From the sequence record NC_028248.1: a DNA stretch of 64,000 bases, one strand, 5' to 3'. The position numbers were made by a program, and so were the translations under genes. The DNA comes from Escherichia phage slur16. Positions 55,643 to 64,000 of this stretch are shown here, in pieces. The notes beneath the pieces were generated by a model. The model ran no database searches. It was not told where the DNA came from and was given only the letters and a program-made list of their open reading frames with translations. Position 1 is the stretch's first letter, and each line of letters opens with the position of its first letter.

Positions 55643-56430
55643 TAACAAACTGGCCGTTGTAAAACTCTCCTAACCTCATAAGAGGGGTCGGTAAATCCGG
55701 CTAACGGGGAACGCTAAGGCGAAAGCTATGCCAATCCCGTGACTAGTTCTTACAGGAGTTGGAACGGTTGTAACGACTAACGAAAGGCAGAGATGCTTGA
55801 CAAACATTTCTGAACCAAGTAGTGTAGGGGTTAGTTGAAATACTAACTTCGAAATGGAGAGGCTCTATGAAAAAGATCATTCTTAATGGTGAAGAATCAA
55901 ACTATGTGATTGATGAAGTTGGAAACGTATACGGAAAACGTGGAATGCTGCACCCAATATTGTGGGGAGGTTATGGAAAAGGTAATAAGCATGTTAAACG
56001 CCGTTATATGTACTCTTTCAACCACAAAGGTAAAAAGATTCGAATCCAAACCTCAAGGGTTGTTGCCTTGTATTGTTTGCCAGATGTCCCAGAAGACCCT
56101 GAAAACTGGGAAGTGAATCATAAAGATGGCAATACATTGAATGATCATCCGTCTAACCTAGAGTGGGTTTTGCCGGAAGATAATAAGAGACATGCTTTCC
56201 GAACAGGACTTTGTCCAGGTAAGTGCTATAGGAAAGTGCAGGCATACAAAGGGAAAATCTTGGTGGGTGAATATCCTTCACTCTACGCCTGTGCAAAAGC
56301 CTTAAATTTGAACGTAGGTAACGTTCACAGGGCTATCGAAGGAAATGCCGAAGGTAAGCATCTCACAATAAAGGGTTATTATCTTATTGAAGTAGAGTAA
56401 GAGATAGTCTGGCCCTGTGGAAACACAGGG
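55643..56430 (+). ncRNA. Group I intron interrupting nrdD, carrying an HNH homing endonuclease ORF
   Basis: P/Q-like pair UAACGGGGAACG / AAUCCCGUG (55692-55740), R element GUAACGACUAACGAAAGG (55776-55793) and S element GAGAUAGUCUGG (56401-56412) flank the HNH ORF; nrdD frame resumes after the intron. The 3' boundary is estimated. Confidence 0.7.
55867..56400 (+). CDS. HNH homing endonuclease (intron-encoded)
   Basis: 177 aa; HNH motif EVNHKDGNTLNDHPSNLEWVLPEDNKRH; C-terminal helical DNA-binding-like segment; preceded by GGAGAGG RBS. Confidence 0.75.
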   Translation: MKKIILNGEESNYVIDEVGNVYGKRGMLHPILWGGYGKGNKHVKRRYMYSFNHKGKKIRIQTSRVVALYCLPDVPEDPENWEVNHKDGNTLNDHPSNLEWVLPEDNKRHAFRTGLCPGKCYRKVQAYKGKILVGEYPSLYACAKALNLNVGNVHRAIEGNAEGKHLTIKGYYLIEVE

Positions 56431-57702
56431 AGGAGACAGCAGACTCCATTCATCACATTGAGTTTAGGACTGGATACCTCGGTCTTTGGTAGAATGATTA
56501 CCAAAAACTACCTGAAAGTCCACAAAATGGGTCTTGGTGAAGAACGTATCACACCTGTGTTCCCTAAAGTGCTGTTCTTCCTGGAAGAGGGTGTCAACAT
56601 GAACCCTGGGGATCCTAACTATGATTTGAAACGATTAGCTCTGGAATGCTGTGCAGAACGTATCTATCCTGACTTCGTATCTGTACCACTAAATAGAAAA
56701 GTGACAGGCTCGACAGATGGCAAAGTAACTAGCATGGGTTGCAGGAGTTTTCTTAGCAAATACAATGACTTGGAAACAGGCGAGGAGAAATACCTTGGCA
56801 GATTTAACTTAGGCGTTGTTAGCCTTAACCTGCCAATGATTGCGGCAAAAGCCAAGACGGAAGGTGTTGATTTCTTTGCAGTTCTTGACGAATACTTGGA
56901 TCTTGCATACGAGGCTCACCTTGTAAGGGTTAATCGTCTAAAAGGAACAAAGGCAGGGCAGAACCCCATCATGTGGTGTGAAGGCGCTCTTGCTCGCCTG
57001 GATCCTGAAGAGAGTATTGATAAACTCTTCTATGACGGGTACGCTTCCATCAGTATTGGGTATATCGGTGTGTATGAAACCTGTCAGATTTTGGGCAGAG
57101 AGGGTGACAAGGCTTTAGCTCTTGGAATCCTTCAGCACATGAGAGATGCTTGTGAGCGATACAAGAAGGAAAGTAGACTAGCATTTAGCTTGTACGGCAC
57201 TCCTTCTGAGAGTCTATGCTATAAAGCTGCAACCTGTCTGGATCGTGAATATCCGGAAGTGTTGAAGCACGAGCATGAATATCTCACCAACAGTTTCCAT
57301 CAGCCAGTATGGATAAATAGCTCTCCTTTTGATAAGTGGGAGTATGAGGAAGGTTTTGCTATAATCTCCTCTGGTGGCAACATCGGATACGTAGAAACAC
57401 CTAACCTGAAAAACAACCTGGATGCTTTAGAGGCTCTTGTTGACTTCGGGTATAAACACATTATGTATTTTGGTATTAACCAACCTGTGGATAAATGTCT
57501 CAAGTGTGGTTTCTCTGGTGAGTTCAGTGCAACAGCTAAAGGCTTTGTATGCCCAGAGTGTGGAAACCATGAAGAGGGAACGATCAGTGTAATTCGACGT
57601 GTGTCTGGATACCTTTCCAGTCCTAACTCCCGTCCTTACAATAAAGGTAAGCAAGCGGAAGTTATCGAGCGAGTTAAGCACTACGGAAGTTGTGGTTGCT
57701 GA
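56431..57702 (+). CDS. nrdD: Anaerobic ribonucleoside-triphosphate reductase, exon 2
   Basis: Contains SMGCRS active-site cysteine motif, glycyl-radical motif RRVSGYL near the C-terminus and Zn-site CPECGNHEE; 5' boundary approximate. Confidence 0.75.
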   Translation, partial: RRQQTPFITLSLGLDTSVFGRMITKNYLKVHKMGLGEERITPVFPKVLFFLEEGVNMNPGDPNYDLKRLALECCAERIYPDFVSVPLNRKVTGSTDGKVTSMGCRSFLSKYNDLETGEEKYLGRFNLGVVSLNLPMIAAKAKTEGVDFFAVLDEYLDLAYEAHLVRVNRLKGTKAGQNPIMWCEGALARLDPEESIDKLFYDGYASISIGYIGVYETCQILGREGDKALALGILQHMRDACERYKKESRLAFSLYGTPSESLCYKAATCLDREYPEVLKHEHEYLTNSFHQPVWINSSPFDKWEYEEGFAIISSGGNIGYVETPNLKNNLDALEALVDFGYKHIMYFGINQPVDKCLKCGFSGEFSATAKGFVCPECGNHEEGTISVIRRVSGYLSSPNSRPYNKGKQAEVIERVKHYGSCGC

Positions 57703-57765
57703 TTCTTGACAAAAGCCACAAGGATGTGGCATATTATTGACACACAGTGAGCTAGGAGGTGCAGT

Positions 57766-57882
57766 ATGTCATCAGGTATTTATAAAATTTGCAAGTGCGG
57801 CTGTAGTTGTAATCTTCGTTGGTGCAAGGCACTAGACGATTTTATTTGGCATTGCCCTAAATGTGATGCGGAGTATCTATGA
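57766..57882 (+). CDS. Tiny Cys-rich protein (38 aa), hypothetical zinc-ribbon
   Basis: Not in the track (<60 aa). AGGAGGT RBS 7 nt upstream of ATG; MSSGIYKICKCGCSCNLRWCKALDDFIWHCPKCDAEYL; ATGA overlap with the nrdG start. Confidence 0.3.
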   Translation: MSSGIYKICKCGCSCNLRWCKALDDFIWHCPKCDAEYL

Positions 57883-58352
57883 ACATTGCTGGATACACAG
57901 AAATATCTTACACCGAAGGACCAGGTATTAGAACTGCCTTGTGGGTATCTGGGTGCCCACACGCTTGCCCTGGTTGCTTTAATCAGGCATTTTGGTCAAA
58001 AGATAAGGGGAGGAAGTTCACTGAAGAAGACTTGCAAAAAATCTTGTCAGATTTAGATAACCCGTCTGTGTGCGGTATCTCTCTACTGGGTGGAGAACCC
58101 TTAGCATACTATAATGAGCCAGATATTATTAGCCTGATGGAGAAAATTAAGGAAAAATTTGGTGACAAGAAAACTATTCTTGTATATACTGGGTTCACAT
58201 TTGACCATATCTCTAGTGATGTTCTTAAACTGGCTGATATCATCATTGACGGTAAGTATGTAAAAGATTTACCAACCAAGAAACCGTTCCGAGGCAGTGA
58301 TAACCAAAGAATGTTTAAAAAAGTATCAGGCGGTTGGGTTCAGGTAGACTAG
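57879..58352 (+). CDS. nrdG: Anaerobic ribonucleotide reductase activating enzyme (radical SAM)
   Basis: 157 aa; radical-SAM cluster motif GCPHACPGCFN near the N-terminus; follows nrdD. Confidence 0.8.
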   Translation: MNIAGYTEISYTEGPGIRTALWVSGCPHACPGCFNQAFWSKDKGRKFTEEDLQKILSDLDNPSVCGISLLGGEPLAYYNEPDIISLMEKIKEKFGDKKTILVYTGFTFDHISSDVLKLADIIIDGKYVKDLPTKKPFRGSDNQRMFKKVSGGWVQVD

Positions 58353-58355
58353 TTG

Positions 58356-58385
58356 TTGACAAAGCTTTGTTGAGTTGGTTATAAT
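58356..58385 (+). promoter_or_regulatory. Sigma70-type promoter
   Basis: TTGACA (58356-58361), 18-nt spacer, TATAAT (58380-58385). Confidence 0.5.
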
Positions 58386-58414
58386 TGCCGTAATGAAAGC
58401 AGAGGAGGTGCCAA

Positions 58415-58528
58415 ATGGCTAAAAAAGCCTTGAAGAAGGCGTACAAGAAAGAGATTGCGCTTGAGCTTAAGAAAAAACACAAGCGTGAAAAGAAACATCA
58501 TGAAGATGAAGAGGGGGTGCAACAGTGA
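58415..58528 (+). CDS. Small highly basic protein (37 aa), hypothetical
   Basis: Not in the track. GAGGAGGTG RBS then ATG; MAKKALKKAYKKEIALELKKKHKREKKHHEDEEGVQQ; GTGA overlap with the next ORF. Confidence 0.25.
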   Translation: MAKKALKKAYKKEIALELKKKHKREKKHHEDEEGVQQ

Positions 58529-58875
58529 CACAAGAACGTATCGATTTGGCTAATAAGTTTGTAGATCTCATTTTGCCACGGTTAGTTACTCAACATGCAG
58601 ATGCTATTTCTACTAATCTTGATGGCTTACGCCTAATGCTGAATCGCACAGATGACCCTCGTATTCGGGCTGATTTAGAAGCCTCTGCCAACAAACTGGA
58701 AAAGTTCTTGCAAGTAGACACGCAAGAAGCCTTGCACAAGATTATGGTGGAAGGTTTCTCTAAAGAATTTACCATTAAAGAGCTTAAGGAGCTGATCCAC
58801 CAAGAAGAGATGAATATCCGAGTTCAGGCTGTTGCAAGCAGCATGGAAGCGGCTATTGAAAAACTGTTGCAGTAA
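58525..58875 (+). CDS. Hypothetical protein
   Basis: 116-aa ORF, GTG start. Confidence 0.3.
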   Translation: MTQERIDLANKFVDLILPRLVTQHADAISTNLDGLRLMLNRTDDPRIRADLEASANKLEKFLQVDTQEALHKIMVEGFSKEFTIKELKELIHQEEMNIRVQAVASSMEAAIEKLLQ

Positions 58876-58913
58876 AAGTACTTGGCACATCTCAATCTGA
58901 AAGGAGTCCCAAC

Positions 58914-59702
58914 ATGGGTCGAGCTAAAGAAACAAAACGCATGCGTGATGAAGCTAGAGAGGCTCGCAAATCTGATCGCCTGCGTAAGGCTGCTGAGAAA
59001 TTTGCTGACGAAAGAGAGCACACCGCTCCAGCTCTCCGACCAATGAATAAGAAGCAGCAAAAGTATCTTGATTATCTAGGGTCACGTAAGATTATTATTG
59101 TAAACGGTGTGTTTGGATCCGGTAAGACATTCATGGCATCTGCATATGCAGGTGATCTTCTGCGTAAGAACGAGATTGATAAGATTATTGTTGCACGTCC
59201 TTACGTTCAGACAGGAAAGACTTCAGGATTTAAACCTGGAAATGCAATGCAGAAACTGTGGCCCTATCTTCGAAGCATGATGGACACGATTTGTCGTCGT
59301 GTTGGCAAAGGTGCTTTTGCCGCAATGCTGGGAGACGGTCAGAACAGCCGTATCGAGATTTGTGAAGTTGAAAGCATTCGTGGTCGTAGTTTCGATGAGC
59401 GATGCTTTGTCCTGATTGACGAGGCACAGCAAACTAACCCTGAAGAAATGTTGTCAATTATCACAAGGATCTCTGATCAAGCCACCCTTGTAATTATGGG
59501 TGATAATAGCCAACGTGACATCCCTGGTAAATCTGGCCTTGCATGGGTGACGGATTTCTTTACTCGTCATCCAGATCCTGAGGTTGGAATGATCAGCTTT
59601 GATAGTCCAGACGATGTCGTTCGTTCTGGGTTGGGTCGTCAGATCGCACTCAATCTTATTGAGGATCGTGCAAATCATATTTGGACCCCTGTTTCCGAGT
59701 AA
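58914..59702 (+). CDS. phoH: PhoH-like ATPase
   Basis: 262 aa; Walker A GVFGSGKTF and downstream PhoH-type motifs (VLIDEAQ, IMGDNSQRD). Confidence 0.8.
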   Translation: MGRAKETKRMRDEAREARKSDRLRKAAEKFADEREHTAPALRPMNKKQQKYLDYLGSRKIIIVNGVFGSGKTFMASAYAGDLLRKNEIDKIIVARPYVQTGKTSGFKPGNAMQKLWPYLRSMMDTICRRVGKGAFAAMLGDGQNSRIEICEVESIRGRSFDERCFVLIDEAQQTNPEEMLSIITRISDQATLVIMGDNSQRDIPGKSGLAWVTDFFTRHPDPEVGMISFDSPDDVVRSGLGRQIALNLIEDRANHIWTPVSE

Positions 59703-59746
59703 TACAGAAGGGTGGTTATTCCACCCTTAAATATCTAAAACAGTTG

Positions 59747-59775
59747 TTGACAAATAGGTAAGCTTTAGATATTAT
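59747..59775 (+). promoter_or_regulatory. Sigma70-type promoter
   Basis: TTGACA (59747-59752), 17-nt spacer, TATTAT (59770-59775); upstream hairpin GGGUGG-UUAUU-CCACCC after phoH. Confidence 0.5.
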
Positions 59776-59803
59776 TATCGGACAAAACAGAGAGAAGGAC
59801 AGT

Positions 59804-60115
59804 ATGGCTACAATACAAGAGAAACTGAATAAAATATACTGCCTGTTTGTCTATAACGGCGAGACAATTTTGGCAAATAAGGGATCCAAGAATGTGTGGA
59901 CCAAGGACAGCGGTGGTAATATAATTAACTTAGCGTTGCTACGTGAGCGCCGACACAGATTCTTTATCGAGTCTCGAATTATTGAAAGCAGCACTTGCTA
60001 CAGAACAGGCGATAAAGTAATTGTTGACAATGATACGTGGTATGTGGTAGACTGGCAATCATTGAGCTGTGATGCTTCTGACAATCGTAAGTATTCCATA
60101 GTGATTGCTAAATAA
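59804..60115 (+). CDS. Hypothetical protein
   Basis: 103-aa ORF with AGAGAAGGA RBS. Confidence 0.35.
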   Translation: MATIQEKLNKIYCLFVYNGETILANKGSKNVWTKDSGGNIINLALLRERRHRFFIESRIIESSTCYRTGDKVIVDNDTWYVVDWQSLSCDASDNRKYSIVIAK

Positions 60116-60175
60116 AGGTAAATGTGAATCAGGTTTAAATAAATAGCTTTCAACTTCCAATATTAAGGATTTCTC

Positions 60176-61225
60176 ATGAATTTAACACCTCGCAGAACCA
60201 TGGTACACGGCATGAAAGAAAAACAGAACGGTTTCGAACCTATGAGTAATAAAATGTTTGGTATGCCGGGCGGTATCATGGAAACATACAGCTACCCAAC
60301 ACCTGTTGTTGACCACGTTCTTTATATCGACGATTTGGAAGACTTACAAGATCATATGTCTCGTCTGCAGACGATCCGTATGGCTCAGCCGGAAGAAAGC
60401 ATTCGGGTGATCATCAATAGCCCTGGGGGTTGCGTGCACATTGCAATGGCTTATCTGCAGGCATTCCGAGAGTCTCAGGCAAGCGTTGTTGCACATGCTG
60501 AAGGGATGTGCTGCTCTGCTGGAACAATCTTATGGCTTGGTTGTAAAGAACGTACTGTGGCTCCGGACACAGAGTTTATGTTCCACTACTATCAAGGTGG
60601 CACTTATGGTAACGGTGTGAACATGAATACTCAGGTCAGCTACTGGAAAAAACGTTTTGAACGCCTGATCGAAAAATACTACGGTGGGGTGCTGACAGAA
60701 GATGAGATCGCATCCATCACAGCTGGTGGCGAAGTGTGGTTGGACGGAGAAGAGCTGGCAGCACGCACTGGAGCTATTATTCTGGATGAAGGCAACATAC
60801 AACGCATCCAGAACGGACAAAAACCGAAAAAGCTTCTGGCAAAAGGTGATGAAGAAGGCGTGTTAGGTGAAGCAGGTCTTCCGGAGATTCACCAGTGCAC
60901 ATCTTTAGATGAGTTAGTTCATGCTGTTGAATCTGCAAAAGCGGGTGGTTCGAAAGGTGATGTTCACACTGTGTTCCTGAATCTGCAGATGGAAAGTGGC
61001 GAGACCGTCAGAATTGCCCTGAGTGAGATTACTTCAGAAGATCTGCAGAGATTCTCTGTCGTTGAACTTCAGGATATTCTGTCTCAATTGAAGACTACTC
61101 TGAACGGCGGTGAAGAGGTTAAGGTGAAAGATAAGACTCGCAAGCGTCTGGTGGACAATATTATTAAAACAGCAAAAGAGCTCAATGAAAAAATCCTGGG
61201 TGCAGGAATTGTCGAAGAAGCTTAA
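60176..61225 (+). CDS. ClpP-family serine protease-like protein
   Basis: 349 aa; ClpP signatures INSPGG and active-site-like GMCCSAGT, plus a C-terminal ~120-aa extension. Confidence 0.55.
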   Translation: MNLTPRRTMVHGMKEKQNGFEPMSNKMFGMPGGIMETYSYPTPVVDHVLYIDDLEDLQDHMSRLQTIRMAQPEESIRVIINSPGGCVHIAMAYLQAFRESQASVVAHAEGMCCSAGTILWLGCKERTVAPDTEFMFHYYQGGTYGNGVNMNTQVSYWKKRFERLIEKYYGGVLTEDEIASITAGGEVWLDGEELAARTGAIILDEGNIQRIQNGQKPKKLLAKGDEEGVLGEAGLPEIHQCTSLDELVHAVESAKAGGSKGDVHTVFLNLQMESGETVRIALSEITSEDLQRFSVVELQDILSQLKTTLNGGEEVKVKDKTRKRLVDNIIKTAKELNEKILGAGIVEEA

Positions 61226-61236
61226 ACATTAATTCT

Positions 61237-61262
61237 AAAGCCCTCTTCGGAGGGCTTTTATG
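61237..61262 (+). terminator. Rho-independent terminator
   Basis: Hairpin AAAGCCCUC-UUCG-GAGGGCUUU followed by UUUUA. Confidence 0.55.
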
Positions 61263-61276
61263 ATCTGGAGATTTGC

Positions 61277-61810
61277 ATGACTTGTGCTAGAAAACCTGAT
61301 GAACAACGTAACGCCTACGATGAGTATGTGACACCGGAGTGGTGTGCAGAAGGGCTGTATGACCTTATTCCGTTCCCAGAAGACTGGACCTACTTAGAGC
61401 CTTGCAGGAATAGTGCCTCAGGTGTGTTCTACTCCCGTATGCCGTTAGGATCTGCATGGGGAGAAATACAAGAAGGTGTTGACTATCTGAATACAGAATA
61501 CAACCATGTTGACTGTATTATCACCAACCCACCATACAGCCTGGCTCGTGAGTTTGTAGACAAGGCGTTGAAAGATGCTGACGTAGTTATTATGCTTTTG
61601 CGTCTTAATTTTCTGGAAAGCAAAGCCAGATTTGAATGGTGGCTTGATAATGCACCTACTACTGTGATCACAATATCTAAGCGTCCATCATTTCAATCAA
61701 ACGGCAGAACTGACGGGCAAGCATATGCATATTTTGTGTGGGATAAGAAAAACCGTTTAGACTTGCCGCCGTTTATGTGGTTGGCACCCCCAGAGGTAGA
61801 CCTGAAATGA
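61277..61810 (+). CDS. Small DNA methyltransferase (NPPY motif; N6-adenine or N4-cytosine)
   Basis: 177 aa; catalytic motif IV CIITNPPYS. Confidence 0.55.
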   Translation: MTCARKPDEQRNAYDEYVTPEWCAEGLYDLIPFPEDWTYLEPCRNSASGVFYSRMPLGSAWGEIQEGVDYLNTEYNHVDCIITNPPYSLAREFVDKALKDADVVIMLLRLNFLESKARFEWWLDNAPTTVITISKRPSFQSNGRTDGQAYAYFVWDKKNRLDLPPFMWLAPPEVDLK

Positions 61811-62091
61811 AAATGAGTGCTAAGGACAAATTACACCAGCTAGCGCTAAAACGCCCTGTAACGCTCCCTGACGAGCTTAACTCCATTTATGATGCGATTG
61901 TAGGGGAGATACAAAATAAAGCGTTAGCAGGCTTTCTGGGGTGCGGATTTTCGATAAATCTACCCTCGCATCTCTCAGATTACTTCCCGCACATTGTTGG
62001 AGATTTAAGGGCAGGAGGTCTGCAGGTAGATGTTGTTGGCATCTCCCCAGAGAAAAATAATACGGTTGCCTACTTGACAGTAACCTGGTAG
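61777..62091 (+). CDS. Hypothetical protein
   Basis: 104-aa ORF; start uncertain. Confidence 0.3.
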   Translation: MVGTPRGRPEMKMSAKDKLHQLALKRPVTLPDELNSIYDAIVGEIQNKALAGFLGCGFSINLPSHLSDYFPHIVGDLRAGGLQVDVVGISPEKNNTVAYLTVTW

Positions 62092-62367
62092 TTGTGTATT
62101 GTTGTTTTCAACAAGAGGGGGTCATTTATGTACAAGTCATTTTCAATCTACTCAAGACAGGCGAAACACTACACAGAGATCCTGATCACTCAGAAAAAAT
62201 CTGTGGAAGGTGAGTGGGAATATCACCATAAAATGTTGCGTCCAGACTGGGTTTTTGATAGACTTATTGCTATGATCCCTCTCGGAGAAGTATACCCTCT
62301 GACAGCCCATCGCGATGCTTGGGATTTAATTGATTACATAGATTCATTTAAGGAGCCTAGATTATGA
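62092..62367 (+). CDS. Hypothetical protein
   Basis: 91-aa ORF. Confidence 0.3.
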   Translation: MCIVVFNKRGSFMYKSFSIYSRQAKHYTEILITQKKSVEGEWEYHHKMLRPDWVFDRLIAMIPLGEVYPLTAHRDAWDLIDYIDSFKEPRL

Positions 62368-62762
62368 AGATTGAGATTACTAAAGAAGGTAAGAAAGTGT
62401 CCGGCAACTATGCAACAGTAATTCGGGATTTAATGTTTGAAGCCACCAAGATCGGTACATCTAAAGTTGGTCAAACTGTTAGTGTGAAAAGTAATATCTC
62501 CACAGGAGAGAAGGTATTCATTGTGGTCAAAGGGCAGGATCCCGTGGAAGGAACAGTGGGCCGAGGTGGCTACCTGTGCATTTCTGAAGAGCCGCGTATG
62601 TTAGTGGCTGACGCTACTATGGGTGGGAAACGTGTGTGCGAGGCGGATGAGGTAATGATTATCCAACCTGTTGATCCAGATGACCCAGCAACTTGGGTGG
62701 TAGGAAATGAAATCTTCTCTTTAGAAGAGTTATCCTTCCCAGCACCGCGCTCTGTTCAGTAA
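62364..62762 (+). CDS. Hypothetical protein
   Basis: 132-aa ORF with 4-nt overlap to the upstream gene. Confidence 0.3.
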   Translation: MKIEITKEGKKVSGNYATVIRDLMFEATKIGTSKVGQTVSVKSNISTGEKVFIVVKGQDPVEGTVGRGGYLCISEEPRMLVADATMGGKRVCEADEVMIIQPVDPDDPATWVVGNEIFSLEELSFPAPRSVQ

Positions 62763-62799
62763 TAATTTATCTTACCAGGGACGGTAGGTAGGAGGTAGC

Positions 62800-63033
62800 A
62801 TGAAAGTTAAATTTCTTACAGATTTAGGGTACCCTTCCTTGGTTGACTGTGTTGGTAAAATTGTGGAAGCAAAACGGCTATCTGCAAACGAGAATGTTGT
62901 CCTGGTTAAAGGGAAGGATTTACTAGCTGCAGGTGCAGAGTCTGGCAGGATCTCTCCTGATTATATGTATTACCTATCTTTAAGTAATCTGCCAGAGCGA
63001 GGCGGTAAAGGCCTTGAAGTTGTGGAGGAGTGA
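62800..63033 (+). CDS. Hypothetical protein
   Basis: 77-aa ORF with GGAGG RBS. Confidence 0.3.
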   Translation: MKVKFLTDLGYPSLVDCVGKIVEAKRLSANENVVLVKGKDLLAAGAESGRISPDYMYYLSLSNLPERGGKGLEVVEE

Positions 63034-63563
63034 CAGGTATGCTTCTGATTAACTGGGAAGACCTCTATGGGGACAAAGACCCTGTTGCGTTTGTTGATCG
63101 TAGGTGGAGATACACTGAAGAACAACTGGCGGCAAAAAATTTAACTGCAAAACGCAGAAAGATCATCCAGTGCAAGTACAAATACGCACAGTTTGCTGCA
63201 AAAGTGTCTCCACAAATCGAGAGCTTTGTGCTTAAATTGTATGACGAGTACCTCAAATTCAAATTGGATTTTGTGCAGGTGTACCGTGCACAGGTACGAC
63301 CAGATACCAACATATGTAGATGGAAGGTTGTTTGTGAAGGTAAAGATTTGCCGCTCAGCTTGACAATTGAGTGGCGTTATGGGTATCATGAGTGTGGTCT
63401 GTATGATATTTGGGATGTCATTGTAGATCCTGCTAAGCATCTGAACACAGAGGAGCTGGAATATATCAATAAGGTTATTCTCGATATGTTTTTCAGCTAC
63501 ACACATGAAAACTCTGAGAAAGAACGGGATAATTTTCTTGACACCCTCAGCGACCATTTGTAG
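63030..63563 (+). CDS. Hypothetical protein
   Basis: 177-aa ORF. Confidence 0.3.
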   Translation: MTGMLLINWEDLYGDKDPVAFVDRRWRYTEEQLAAKNLTAKRRKIIQCKYKYAQFAAKVSPQIESFVLKLYDEYLKFKLDFVQVYRAQVRPDTNICRWKVVCEGKDLPLSLTIEWRYGYHECGLYDIWDVIVDPAKHLNTEELEYINKVILDMFFSYTHENSEKERDNFLDTLSDHL

Positions 63564-63593
63564 TATACAATTTAACCTACAAAGGGAGGACCA

Positions 63594-63821
63594 ATGAGTA
63601 TAAATGTTGTGCTAATAGGTTACCTGGTAATGTCCGTTATAACAGCGGTATTCTTGACAGGTGTATGCATCGTGTCCAGACGAAGGGTGAAGTTTGATGA
63701 TTTTATCACCATCATCACTGCTGCACCTTTTTGGCCTGTTGTTATCTTCATCGTAATAATGTGCCTAGTTGATTACTACAAGAATATCAGGAAGGAGAGT
63801 AGGGATGGAGACCGCACCTAA
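63594..63821 (+). CDS. Small membrane protein with two predicted transmembrane helices (holin-like topology), hypothetical
   Basis: 75 aa; hydrophobic segments VVLIGYLVMSVITAVFLTGVCIV and IITAAPFWPVVIFIVIMCLV; GGAGG RBS. Confidence 0.3.
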   Translation: MSINVVLIGYLVMSVITAVFLTGVCIVSRRRVKFDDFITIITAAPFWPVVIFIVIMCLVDYYKNIRKESRDGDRT

Positions 63822-64000
63822 AACTATCTATACTGTTCTTAAAGAGATTGCGTTCTACGCAGATCTTAGCCAGGCACCTTTATGGGAAAAGAGCATGTAT
63901 TTAAAATGGTGCGTTAATTTAGGGAGACCTTCCAGTGTTTCAAGCCATGTTTATTGAGATGCTATCTGGGATATTGTTACTGGTAGCCATCTTAGGTGGT

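Noticed and set aside
55807-55835. Promoter inside the nrdD intron upstream of the HNH ORF
   Set aside because: TTGACA is present but the best -10 candidate (TAGTGT) is poor; not reported as a feature.
57706-57737. Promoter between nrdD and the tiny Cys-rich ORF
   Set aside because: TTGACA and TATTAT are separated by 20 nt, outside the functional 16-18 nt spacing.
1-64000. Integrase, excisionase, CI-type repressor or other lysogeny functions
   Set aside because: No candidate was recognised among the ORFs; gene content looks like that of a virulent phage, though an absence call by eye is weak.

Overview
This window reads as a slice of a large virulent tailed phage of Gram-negative (enterobacterial-type) hosts, in two oppositely oriented blocks. 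Positions 1-30700 carry a minus-strand late/structural module: terminase large subunit, portal, protease, scaffold, major capsid, sheath/tube, tape measure, baseplate and several fibers. A minus-strand tRNA operon (six canonical tRNAs plus one aberrant tRNA-like element) sits at 31.06-31.96 kb, followed by small minus-strand genes and non-coding islands to 35.8 kb. From 35.9 kb a plus-strand early block encodes nucleotide and DNA metabolism: RNA-ligase-like protein, Sir2-like protein, DNA ligase, lambda R-like endolysin, FEN-type exonuclease, resolvases, DnaQ-like exonuclease, two adenine methyltransferases, ThyX, NrdA/NrdB/glutaredoxin/NrdD/NrdG, PhoH and a ClpP-like protease. The strongest findings are two group I introns with matching core elements: an ORF-less one splitting the terminase large subunit gene, and one carrying an HNH homing endonuclease splitting nrdD. 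Other leads are a split polynucleotide kinase + metallophosphoesterase + RNA-ligase cassette beside the tRNA operon, a zinc-less Sir2 homologue, and four phased palindromic operator/iteron sites. No integrase or repressor-type lysogeny gene was recognised. All protein calls rest on motif recognition by eye and gene order; no database search was run.
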